Positions 40,272 to 49,329 of a stretch of 64,000 bases of DNA are shown piece by piece. The first letter of the stretch is position 1, and the number at the start of each line of letters is the position of its first letter. Where the stretch lies: NCBI GenBank assembly GCA_963774665.1, contig CAVZGB010000020.1:226797-290796 (forward strand), written 5' to 3'. This DNA comes from an uncultured delta proteobacterium. Its GTDB lineage: Bacteria > Desulfobacterota > Binatia > Binatales > Binataceae. The translations under genes and the position numbers were made by a program. The notes under the pieces were generated by a model. It worked only from the letters and a program-made list of their open reading frames with translations, was not told the DNA's origin and searched no databases.

Positions 40272-40420
40272 TGGCTGTCTCCTTTCCGCGTTTTACTACG
40301 TTCGGTTAAGAATGTCCTCATCTCCCGGCGGAGACTCCGAACAACTCACGGATGTTCGGGGATTTGGGTTGGCGGCAGCTTTATGAATTTACTGCCGCCC
40401 ACGGATCGGTTGCGGACGGC

Positions 40421-41293
40421 CTACAGCTTGCGCACTGGACGGCGCGTGCTCTCGGCACCGGTGCTGCCGCGGTTCACGCCGACTTGCGATAGTCCAGCTT
40501 CCCGCGCTGCTCCCAACCTGCGCCAGATATCCGGGCCGGCGGCGGTCAAACCTCCGTCGACGACCAGTGCCTCGCCGGTGACAAACGCGGAATCGTCGCT
40601 CGCGAGAAACAGCGCAGCGCCCGCGATGTGCTCGGGCTTGCCGTGATCCGGCCACGGCTGCATCTGTTCCATCCGCTTGGCGGCGCTAGCGGGATCTCCA
40701 CGGTCGGTAAGTGGCGTGAGAACTCCGCCGGGACAGATCGCATTGACGCGTATGCGGTCGGCCGCAAGCTGCAGCGCGGCCCCGCAGGTGAGGTTGATAA
40801 CCGCTGCTTTGGCAGCCGAATAGACCAGCGGTCCGCCGCCGCCGCTGAGACCCGCGATCGACGCCGTGTTTATGATTGAACCGCCCCGCCCGATTCGTTT
40901 CATCGCGCGAGCCGCATGCTTGATTCCGAGGAAGACGCCCTTGGCGAGCACGTCGAAGGTGTAATCCCACTCATCGACTTCGACGTCCCAGATAGGACCG
41001 AGCGCGCCACCGACGCCGGCGTTGTTGAACACGATATCAAGCCGGCCGAACTCCGAAACCGCCAGATCGATCATCGCGGCAATTTCGGGCTCCCTGGCGA
41101 CATCGGTTCTGATGAAGCGGACCTGGTCGCGAAACCCGCGATCGGACGCGATCGCCAGCGTCTGCTTGCCGGTATCTTCGTTGTAATCGGCAACCACCAC
41201 CGACGCGCCTTCCTCGACGAAGCGGATTGTAGTCGCGCGGCCCATCCCGCTCGCGCCGCCGGTGATCACCGCTACTTTGTCTTTCAGTCTCAT
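40421..41293 (-). CDS. SDR-family oxidoreductase
   Basis: VITGGASGMG, NNAG and the SxxxxxxxxxxxxYxxxK catalytic pattern. Confidence 0.85.
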   Translation of the reverse strand: MRLKDKVAVITGGASGMGRATTIRFVEEGASVVVADYNEDTGKQTLAIASDRGFRDQVRFIRTDVAREPEIAAMIDLAVSEFGRLDIVFNNAGVGGALGPIWDVEVDEWDYTFDVLAKGVFLGIKHAARAMKRIGRGGSIINTASIAGLSGGGGPLVYSAAKAAVINLTCGAALQLAADRIRVNAICPGGVLTPLTDRGDPASAAKRMEQMQPWPDHGKPEHIAGAALFLASDDSAFVTGEALVVDGGLTAAGPDIWRRLGAAREAGLSQVGVNRGSTGAESTRRPVRKL

Positions 41294-41342
41294 AGCTGGA
41301 ACCTCGCGAATTAAGTACCTGGCCCGTTGGTTGGGAAAGGAT

Positions 41343-41900
41343 CTATTTGCGCGCCTGAATCCCGTCGAGAATGTCGACTTTGCCGGCGAAATCCTCGAGT
41401 TCGACTTCCGTCGTTTCGAGGATACTCGCAGTCTGGCGCCAGTGACCGATTATCACCAGCAATTCAATTATTTCGCCGGGGCTGAGATGGCGCTTCAGGG
41501 CTTCGAGGGTTGCGCGGCTGGCCTTGACGTTGGCGTTCACCTCGTCGGTGAACTGCAATACCAGTCGTTCGACTTCGCTGAAGCATCCGGCGCTTTGCCA
41601 ATTTTCGATCGCCGCAATCTGCTCATTGGTGACGCCGACGTGCTTTGCGGCCGGCACGTGCTGCGTCCACTCGTAAACTGAATGACAATCCCTGGCGGTG
41701 CGCAGAATCGCGATTTCGCGCAACTTCGGATCGATCACAATCTGAGTGAAGAGCGCGTTACTCAAGCGGCTCCGCTGCAGGAAGATACTCTGCGCGTTGG
41801 CGGTCATTTTCTGGACGTTGAGTACGACGCGGCCGGATTTGAGTGCCTTGAGGACTTCGGGCGACGCGTCTTTTTCATCGAGATAGGGTAGCAAAGGCAT
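41343..41900 (-). CDS. Carboxymuconolactone decarboxylase (AhpD-like) family protein
   Basis: CMD-core pattern (CHSVYEWTQH..) in a ~185-aa protein with duplicated CMD halves. Confidence 0.7.
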   Translation of the reverse strand: MPLLPYLDEKDASPEVLKALKSGRVVLNVQKMTANAQSIFLQRSRLSNALFTQIVIDPKLREIAILRTARDCHSVYEWTQHVPAAKHVGVTNEQIAAIENWQSAGCFSEVERLVLQFTDEVNANVKASRATLEALKRHLSPGEIIELLVIIGHWRQTASILETTEVELEDFAGKVDILDGIQARK

Positions 41901-41912
41901 CGATACGTCCTC

Positions 41913-42947
41913 CTATTGACTGCTGTATAGGGTTGACACTAGCGCCTCTCGGTACTCGTCCCTTCGCTGCGCGGGTAAGAAGTATTGCGGCGGCGAAAGC
42001 GTCATCGAATTGGCGTGCTCCCACATTTGTGACAATCGCTGACGCACCTCATCGGGAGTACCTGCCAACGCAAACGTCGTGACCATCTCATTGGGAATCG
42101 CTCTCACCATCGCAGTTGTATCTTTGCGAACAGCCGCTTCGGATGCCGCCTTTGCCTGCGGTCCGAAGCCGTGAGCAACGTAATACTTCTGATACTGGGC
42201 AATGCTCGCATAGAACGCGACCGTACCGCGCATATCATCGATCGCCTGTTTCCGATCGTTAGCAATCGCAACGTACTGCCACAGGTTCACGTGAAAGTCG
42301 TCGCGCTTGCGGCCACGAGCTGCTAGCAGGTGTTCCAACCGCGCAGATTGCTCTTGTATCGATTTCAGCGACCACACCGGATGGCTAAGCAAGCCGTCGG
42401 CAACCTCTGCGGCCAGTGCCACGGTTTTTTCGAAAAGGGCCGGGATGTAAATCGGAATCGAGCCGCGTACTGGTTTTCTGCCGGTGTTGAACCCGCGTAA
42501 ATCAAGTTTATGGTACTCCCCCTCGATCTCACCCAACTCACCACTATGGCCTTTTTCGATGATCGCTCGGACGCTGGTGACAATCTCGCGCAGATGCGTC
42601 ACCGGCTTGCCATAGGTCACGCCGTTCACCCGCTCGTTCCAATCGCGAATGCTGGTGCCAAGTCCGAGCACGAACCTGCCGCCGCTCAATCGATCTATAT
42701 CGAGCGCGCTCAGCGCAGTCTCAATAGGGCTGCGCACGAACGCCATCGCAATTCCGGACCCAAGCTTGAGTCTGCCAGAGACCATCGCCGCCGCTGCCAG
42801 AGTCGGAAACGGCGGTGCGAACAGCTGCGGAGACCAGATCCCGTAGAGACCGAGGTCCTCGAAGCGGTGCACAAGATCAGCCAGTGCCGGCGCTGGCATT
42901 GCCTGCACCATTTCCCAGTAATCGCGCTTCATCGCGGTCGCCTCCAA
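41913..42947 (-). CDS. LLM-class (luciferase-like) flavin/F420-dependent oxidoreductase
   Basis: TIM-barrel LLM signatures (GLYGIWSPQLF...LGLGTS). Confidence 0.8.
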   Translation of the reverse strand: MEATAMKRDYWEMVQAMPAPALADLVHRFEDLGLYGIWSPQLFAPPFPTLAAAAMVSGRLKLGSGIAMAFVRSPIETALSALDIDRLSGGRFVLGLGTSIRDWNERVNGVTYGKPVTHLREIVTSVRAIIEKGHSGELGEIEGEYHKLDLRGFNTGRKPVRGSIPIYIPALFEKTVALAAEVADGLLSHPVWSLKSIQEQSARLEHLLAARGRKRDDFHVNLWQYVAIANDRKQAIDDMRGTVAFYASIAQYQKYYVAHGFGPQAKAASEAAVRKDTTAMVRAIPNEMVTTFALAGTPDEVRQRLSQMWEHANSMTLSPPQYFLPAQRRDEYREALVSTLYSSQ

Positions 42948-42992
42948 CCGATTATTTTTCTCGCGTTTCTCGCCGTATCGTCACAACCAGTT

Positions 42993-43991
42993 CTATCCCT
43001 TGTTCAATACCGGAAGAACCTCAGTAACGAAGCGCTTGAGCGATCGCATCGCCAGTTTTGGATCGAGTCCCGGTTGCTGCATGTTCAGTGTTAGCTCAGT
43101 TGCTGGATGTTTTTCGATAAAGTGTCGAAGGTGTTCGATCAAGCGATCTGGCGGACCGAGGATGGCGCTTTTTCGAAGAGCTTCGGGGTCCGGGCGAAAG
43201 TTCGAAGCCTCGATACCGCCCTCGGCGAGCCATTTCTGATACAGTTTCATCTGGTAGAGCATTCCGGGCGCGATTTCATTCCATGCCTGGTCTTCGCTGT
43301 CGGCAACATAGACCGCAGCCATATTGACGACATTGTATGCGGCCGGGTCTTTGCCCAATTCCCGCAACGCTTCATGAAATTGTTTGATCTCGGCTGCACC
43401 GAGATTGCAGGCGAAGCCGAGGTCGAGTCTCGCGCAGCGCTTGATCGAGTTCGGATTCATCCCGCCCCACAAAAGTTCAGGACCTTTCGCGCTGACCGGC
43501 TTAGGTAGCACCCGGGCGTTGCGGAAATTGAAGTGCTTCCCTTCAAAGTCGAAGCGTTCACCGGTCCACGCAAGCTTCATGATCTCGATCGTTTCCAGCG
43601 TCCGGCCGAGCCGCTCCTTGCGCGGTATCTGAAAAATCTCGAACTCTTCGTGGCGATAACCGACGCCGATTCCCAGCCGCAGCCGACCATTGGAGATGAC
43701 GTCGATCAGGGCGGCATCTTCGGCCAGGCGCAGTGGATGATAGAACGGCGCAAGGAGCACAAAGCTGCCGACCTTCACGCGTTTAGTACGCGCCGCGATT
43801 GCCGCCATCATGGGCATCACCGACGAAAGATAGCCGTCGTCGACAAAGTGATGCTCGGTGGTCCAGATAGTCTCGAAGCCGGTCTGATCCAGATACTCGA
43901 TTTGCTCGAACATGCCGGCATAGAACTCGGCGTCTGCGAGCGTCGAAAGCTCGCGCGGATTGCGAAATCCCATCAAATAGCTGAATTTCAT
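42993..43991 (-). CDS. LLM-class flavin-dependent oxidoreductase
   Basis: FETIWTTEHHF...GRLRLGIGVG. Confidence 0.85.
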   Translation of the reverse strand: MKFSYLMGFRNPRELSTLADAEFYAGMFEQIEYLDQTGFETIWTTEHHFVDDGYLSSVMPMMAAIAARTKRVKVGSFVLLAPFYHPLRLAEDAALIDVISNGRLRLGIGVGYRHEEFEIFQIPRKERLGRTLETIEIMKLAWTGERFDFEGKHFNFRNARVLPKPVSAKGPELLWGGMNPNSIKRCARLDLGFACNLGAAEIKQFHEALRELGKDPAAYNVVNMAAVYVADSEDQAWNEIAPGMLYQMKLYQKWLAEGGIEASNFRPDPEALRKSAILGPPDRLIEHLRHFIEKHPATELTLNMQQPGLDPKLAMRSLKRFVTEVLPVLNKG

Positions 43992-44231
43992 CTCACGCTC
44001 TCCTGTTAGTGAGGTCTGAATAACCGCAACCGTTCATACGGGAGCCCGGGGCGGACCCGCTCAATGAGCAAGTGGACCATCGGGCCGTTGCTCCTGGTGC
44101 CTGCCTGAATTGATGGCCAGAAATTACGCGATAAGCTACTCGCCATCAAATGAATGGATAAAGAGGCAATCAGACCGTGATTTTAAAACCCATGAAAACA
44201 CGCGGCGCTTGCCGCGACTAAGGAGGCATCG

Positions 44232-45194
44232 ATGAAAAGCTACGGCGTAACTCTTCGTCCGACAGTTCCCGGTATATCCGAATTGGTTCAACTCGCGCGC
44301 GAGACCGAGGATGCCGGGTTCAGCGGCGTCTACATTCCCGAGGCCGTGAACGACGCGCTGATGTGCTCGGTCGCCGTGGCCAACGCGACCAAGCGGATCG
44401 CCGTCGCGACCTGGATCGCAAACATCTATCTGCGCGACCCTGGCCTATGCGCGATCGCCGCCGAGATGGTACAGGAAGCTGCGCAAGGACGTTTCATCCT
44501 GGGCCTCGGCACGAGTCATCGACCTGCGCTCGAAGCGCGCGGCATCGAGATGGGCAACGCGCGCGACCGCTTGCGCCACGATACTGAAATCATCGGCAAG
44601 GCTTTTCGCGGCGAGCTCGAAATGTTCGGAAGGAAGTTCCCCACACCCAGCCATCCCATTCCGATCTACTTCGCGGCGCTGGCGCTCGAGACCGCAAAGC
44701 TCGGCGGTGAGATGGCTGACGGCCTGATGCTCTACATGTGCCCGCCCGAGCGGATGAAGAAATCGATCGACGCGGCGAACCAAGTGGCAAAGGCGAAGGG
44801 CCGCTCCCCCGGCAGCCTCACGATGACGTGCGGTGTGCCGGTCTTTCTGCATGATGATTTGGAAACCGCTTACGAGGCGGCGCGGCGCGGGCTCGCATTC
44901 TACGGCGCGCTGCCGTTCTACAATCGCATCATGGCGAAGAGCGGATTTGCCGATGCGGCGGGGCGCATCATGGAGGCCTCGAAGCGCCGCGACGCGAATG
45001 GGATGGCGGCCGCTGTCACGAGGGAACTCGCTGATGCGGTCGCGCTGATTGGTCCACCGTCGCGATGCATCGAACGATTGGCTGCTTATCGCGAGCAAGG
45101 TGGCGATGTTCTCATTCTTGTGCCGAACGCGGTCAGCGAGGATTACGCGAGCGCGGTCCGCAAAACTCATAAGGTATTCGCGAAACTGAACTAA
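44232..45194 (+). CDS. LLM-class flavin-dependent oxidoreductase
   Basis: GFSGVYIPEAVND...GRFILGLGTS. Confidence 0.85.
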   Translation: MKSYGVTLRPTVPGISELVQLARETEDAGFSGVYIPEAVNDALMCSVAVANATKRIAVATWIANIYLRDPGLCAIAAEMVQEAAQGRFILGLGTSHRPALEARGIEMGNARDRLRHDTEIIGKAFRGELEMFGRKFPTPSHPIPIYFAALALETAKLGGEMADGLMLYMCPPERMKKSIDAANQVAKAKGRSPGSLTMTCGVPVFLHDDLETAYEAARRGLAFYGALPFYNRIMAKSGFADAAGRIMEASKRRDANGMAAAVTRELADAVALIGPPSRCIERLAAYREQGGDVLILVPNAVSEDYASAVRKTHKVFAKLN

Positions 45195-45307
45195 ACAAGG
45201 GAGTTATCGAGTGCGATCGACCGCGTGAGCCATCGGGCATGCTTAAGATGACTCTCCTTGAAGAACGAGCAAGTTAGTACAATATCTGCTCATCTAACAA
45301 AAATTCG

Positions 45308-46528
45308 ATGAGCATGAAAATGGGAAGTCACCGCTCCAACGAAAAGTATCCAACAGCCGACTTGGCCGCGTCGAACAGTCTTCTGGTTGCCCCGCTGCTA
45401 CCCCTGATCGCAGAGCAGGCGGCCGAGGCCGACGCCACGCGGTCCGTCGCCCCGTCGGTTATCGCGGCGCTGAAGAGCAACGATGTTATGCGCATGTCAG
45501 CCGTCCGAGCCTTGGGCGGGCTTGAAAGTAGCGTAACCGCGATGGGGCGAGAGCTGGAAGCAGTGGCCGCCGCCTGCGGCTCAACCGGGTGGTGTCTTTG
45601 GAACCACCTGTGTGTGTTCCACTTCTACTGCGGCCTTCTGGGTCCCGCGCATATTGGATTGCTGCGCAATATCACTGCCAACCGGCACTGGGTGTGCTTG
45701 CCCGCCGGCGCTGGGACCGGAGTGATTGGCAGAGTGGACGGGGACGAGGTCGTGCTGAACGGAGTCGCCTCCTTTGGCTCCGGCGGCCGCTATTCGGACT
45801 ATGCGGGTGTCACCTTCGTCTTCGAGGGCGAAAAGCAGCCGCACTTGACGTTAGTTCGTACCGATCAGCAGGGGGTGCGCATCGACCCAACCTGGAAGGC
45901 AATGAGCCTTCGCGCCTCCGCGACTGACCACATGCATTATGAGGACGTGCGAGCGCCCCTTTCGGGGATAGTGCCGTTCCCGTTGCCTTACCGGGTTGCC
46001 TTCCGCGATCCGGCCTATGCGGTCATCGACGATCGCTATCGCGAAGATTGGGTGGCTCTCTCCGACCTTTGGCTCGGCTGTATGGCGGTGGGCGTCGCCG
46101 ACGCGGCATTGAAGGACGCGTGCATCGGCATCCAGGGCAGAGTCGCTATCATGGGAGTCAAGATGGTGGAGAGACCCACCATCCACGTGAATCTCGGCCA
46201 TGCCGTCGCGCTGATCCACGCGGCGCGCGCAGCAGTCTATGACTCCTGCGCCGCGACGGACGCGCGTATTGCGGCGCATCAGACTCCGACGGAAGGCGAC
46301 TATTTGAAACAGCTTGGGGCCAGCATGATAGCTCTGCGCTTGTGCGACGAGGCCATGCGGCTGATCCTGCGCGTGCTCGGCGGCAATGGTCTCCGAGAGG
46401 GCCAGTCCTTCGAACGCCGCTACCGTGATTTTCAAGCGATGCCTTTGCACATCAACGCACATCCGGACCGGGTGTCGGAACAACTTGGACGTCACGCGCT
46501 TGGCCTGGCGACCGAGAACCCGTTCTGA
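45308..46528 (+). CDS. Acyl-CoA dehydrogenase-fold flavin monooxygenase
   Basis: ACAD-like three-domain pattern; 406 aa. Confidence 0.7.
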   Translation: MSMKMGSHRSNEKYPTADLAASNSLLVAPLLPLIAEQAAEADATRSVAPSVIAALKSNDVMRMSAVRALGGLESSVTAMGRELEAVAAACGSTGWCLWNHLCVFHFYCGLLGPAHIGLLRNITANRHWVCLPAGAGTGVIGRVDGDEVVLNGVASFGSGGRYSDYAGVTFVFEGEKQPHLTLVRTDQQGVRIDPTWKAMSLRASATDHMHYEDVRAPLSGIVPFPLPYRVAFRDPAYAVIDDRYREDWVALSDLWLGCMAVGVADAALKDACIGIQGRVAIMGVKMVERPTIHVNLGHAVALIHAARAAVYDSCAATDARIAAHQTPTEGDYLKQLGASMIALRLCDEAMRLILRVLGGNGLREGQSFERRYRDFQAMPLHINAHPDRVSEQLGRHALGLATENPF

Positions 46529-46880
46529 ACCTCAGGTTACCTCCGCAAATGAGGCAGTGGGTTTTACTTGAGCCTCGGATTGTTCTGGTCCTGTGAGTAC
46601 AGAAGCCGGTGTGCGAGCCTTTAGTGCGCGCCTGGATTCTTACTTGAACGTCTCCATCGGACGTACGACTTGAATTAAAAGCGATCAGAATGTATAGCGG
46701 GTTTTGATTTCAGAATCTCGTAAAACCCTGAATTGGAGGTTGATGTCCGCGGCTCGTTGAAAGAGGTTTGCTCTTAATCTCGAGCGCCTGCTGGTCGCGC
46801 TTGAGCCGACTGAGTTAGCAAGAGCGAACCATTCTCAAATTTATCCACTTTTTTTCTCATCGGCTAAGGAGGACTCAACG

Positions 46881-47678
46881 ATGGCTGACTCACTGACAAA
46901 GCATAAGATCCAAAGGTATGGCTGGATACCCGACCTCCCGGACGCGCGCGATCATCTCTACGCAGCGCCGCCGCATGTCCTTACCGCACTGCCGACGAAA
47001 GTCGACTTGCGACCCCAATGCCCCAACGAAGTGTACGACCAGGGAAAACTTGGCAGTTGCACGGGCAATTCGATCGCCGGCGCCGTCCACTTCGACCGAA
47101 TCAAGCAGCAGGATCCGTCTGCACAGGAGCTTATTCCGTCCCGCCTGTTTATCTACTACGACGAGCGGTTCATCGAGGGCACGATCTCGCAAGATAACGG
47201 AGCACAGATTCGGGACGGGATTAAAGCCGTAGCAACTCAAGGGGTCTGTTTCGAGAGCGGACCGGACTCGTGGCCGTATGATATCGCGGCGTTCGCTACA
47301 CAACCGCCTCCGAACTGTTACGAAGCGGCGTTGAAAAACAAGGTGCTGCAGTACAGCCGGTTGGTTCAAGTCCTGTCTCAGCTGAAGGGCTGCCTTGCGG
47401 ACGGATACCCGTTCGTTTTTGGATTCACCGTCTACGAAAGCTTTGAGGGCCCGGAGGTGGCAAAAACTGGCGTCGTCCCGCTGCCGGGACCTGGAGACGC
47501 GGCGATCGGCGGACACGCGGTGCTGGCCGTAGGTTATGACGACGAGGCGGAACGTTTCATCGTACGCAACTCATGGGGACCGGGGTGGGGGATGAACGGT
47601 TATTTCACACTTCCCTACTCATACGTCACCAACTCAAATCTCGCGGATGACCTCTGGACGATCCGCATGGTCGCGTAG
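46881..47678 (+). CDS. Papain-family (C1A) cysteine peptidase without signal peptide or pro-domain
   Basis: Catalytic Gln/Cys (QGKLGSCTGNS), His (GGHAVLAVGYD) and Asn/Trp (RNSWGPGWG). AAGGAGG ribosome-binding site. 265 aa. Confidence 0.85.
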   Translation: MADSLTKHKIQRYGWIPDLPDARDHLYAAPPHVLTALPTKVDLRPQCPNEVYDQGKLGSCTGNSIAGAVHFDRIKQQDPSAQELIPSRLFIYYDERFIEGTISQDNGAQIRDGIKAVATQGVCFESGPDSWPYDIAAFATQPPPNCYEAALKNKVLQYSRLVQVLSQLKGCLADGYPFVFGFTVYESFEGPEVAKTGVVPLPGPGDAAIGGHAVLAVGYDDEAERFIVRNSWGPGWGMNGYFTLPYSYVTNSNLADDLWTIRMVA

Positions 47679-47725
47679 AGGTGCTACACATCGGGAGCTA
47701 GCGGAAGCGGATCATTCCCGCTCCT

Positions 47726-48040
47726 CTAGCTCCCTACTTTCACATGGATCTTGAAAGTTCTACTCGCCGCTGCCGAGCTTTCCCATCGCCGACGATATCC
47801 GAGTTCGATATCGCATTCGCCGGGGCGGACCGCCTTGAAGTTCCAGGTGTGATCACCGCCCTTTCCTGGCGGGCCGGCTGGCGCGATGAATTGGTCGCCA
47901 GTCATAGCGCATGCGGGGCCGCCGTCGGAGGTTAGCTGCCAGCTGAACCCGGTCGTCCGGTTCTCCGGAAGACGAACCTCGATCGTCTGACCGACCGTCA
48001 CATCGATCGTTCGACCGTTAAACGTTTCGTCGACCAGCAC
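47726..48040 (-). CDS. Chagasin-family (I42) cysteine-peptidase inhibitor
   Basis: 104 aa with the chagasin motifs NRTTGFSW (NPTTG-F/Y-xW), GxGGxxxF (PPGKGGDHTWNF) and RRWE (RPWE). No signal peptide. GTG start. Confidence 0.8.
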   Translation of the reverse strand: MLVDETFNGRTIDVTVGQTIEVRLPENRTTGFSWQLTSDGGPACAMTGDQFIAPAGPPGKGGDHTWNFKAVRPGECDIELGYRRRWESSAAASRTFKIHVKVGS

Positions 48041-48055
48041 TCCGTAACCCTGACC

Positions 48056-48310
48056 TTACTGGCTCCGTCGGATGGCGTCGCGGCGACAGGTGCGGTTCTT
48101 CTTCGAGCATGCGTACGGCTCGACTATTCCGTTGTCGGGCCCAATGCAGGTTTGAGTGTAAACGCACCAATACTGGTGGTCGCTAACGGACTGAACCGTC
48201 GGATCATGCTCTGCTGGAGTGAATTGGCCCTTCCACGTGAGTGCCGGGCAGATGTCGGGACTGTTCCGGTCAAACCGGACGGCGTGAGCCAGCATCGGAC
48301 GCGCTTTCAC
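48056..48310 (-). CDS. Small Cys-rich hypothetical protein
   Basis: 84 aa with 5 Cys. Its start overlaps the coxM-like stop (ATGA), and its stop lies 16 nt before the chagasin gene. Confidence 0.35.
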   Translation of the reverse strand: MKARPMLAHAVRFDRNSPDICPALTWKGQFTPAEHDPTVQSVSDHQYWCVYTQTCIGPDNGIVEPYACSKKNRTCRRDAIRRSQ

Positions 48311-49329
48311 GATCGGGCTCCTCTGCGATGTATGGAAGGGATATTCGCGCCGGCGGCCTGCAGGATAGCTCGCTTCAGAGCAACTCGCGCGACCTGGACC
48401 TTGTATCCGTTCTGTCCCAGATTCCGCGCTGGCTGTAAGGCCGCATTGCTGGCATCAGTCGCAACTTGATCATCGATCGCTTTTCCGATGAGTGCTGCTT
48501 CCGCTTCCTTAGACCTCCATGGCACGGGAGCGACATGTCCCAACACCACGGAAGCGGTAGTGACGTTGTCGCCCTTCTTTTGGATTGAAACTGTGGCCGT
48601 TGCGACCGGCCAGTCGAATCCGTGCTTTTGTCGAACTTCGTAGTACGCGGTAGAGGATCCCGCCGCGGGCGGTGGCAACTTCAGACGAATCACCATCTCA
48701 TTAGGGGCAAGGTCGTGCTCACGCTCTCCCGGTTTCAACGGGACTCTGTAAAAATCTTCCAGCGAAATCGAGCGGGAGCCCTTGGGACCCGCAATATCGA
48801 TGCTCGCGCCTAACGCCACCAGTACCGGAGCTATGGTCGAGGGACTCACGAAATAGGCCGGACCCGTGTTGCCCAGAATCGCGTGATACCGGTTGTCGCC
48901 CTTCAGCACCAAAGACTCCCCGTTCGCATCCAGCGCCAGCAATCCATAACCATTGCGGAAGTACCAACAACGGGGACGCTGGCAGAGGTTTCCGCCTATA
49001 GTCGCCATGTTCCGGATCTGAGGGCTGGCCGCGTCGTTGAGGGCCATCGCGAGCGCTGGGTACAGCTGGGCTACTCGTTTTTCGCGGGCCAATTCATCCA
49101 AGGTGACAAGGCAGCCCGCCTGCAATCCCTGGTTCGCATCGACGGCCAGGCTATCGAGGTCGCCGACTTTCTTTATGTTCACCAGTTGCGAGGGCGCGAC
49201 AATGTCGTCCTTCAGTAAGGCCAGCAGATCAGTTCCGCCGGCCAGTATCTCAGTCGGTCCCCATTGCTTGCCCAATAGATCCAATGCCGACGGCAAATCG
49301 GTGGGGCTGCTATAAGTGAACGGATTCAT
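48307..49329 (-). CDS. Molybdenum hydroxylase FAD-binding medium subunit (CoxM/CutM family)
   Basis: ILAGGTDLL FAD motif in a 340-aa protein. Confidence 0.85.
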   Translation of the reverse strand: MNPFTYSSPTDLPSALDLLGKQWGPTEILAGGTDLLALLKDDIVAPSQLVNIKKVGDLDSLAVDANQGLQAGCLVTLDELAREKRVAQLYPALAMALNDAASPQIRNMATIGGNLCQRPRCWYFRNGYGLLALDANGESLVLKGDNRYHAILGNTGPAYFVSPSTIAPVLVALGASIDIAGPKGSRSISLEDFYRVPLKPGEREHDLAPNEMVIRLKLPPPAAGSSTAYYEVRQKHGFDWPVATATVSIQKKGDNVTTASVVLGHVAPVPWRSKEAEAALIGKAIDDQVATDASNAALQPARNLGQNGYKVQVARVALKRAILQAAGANIPSIHRRGARS

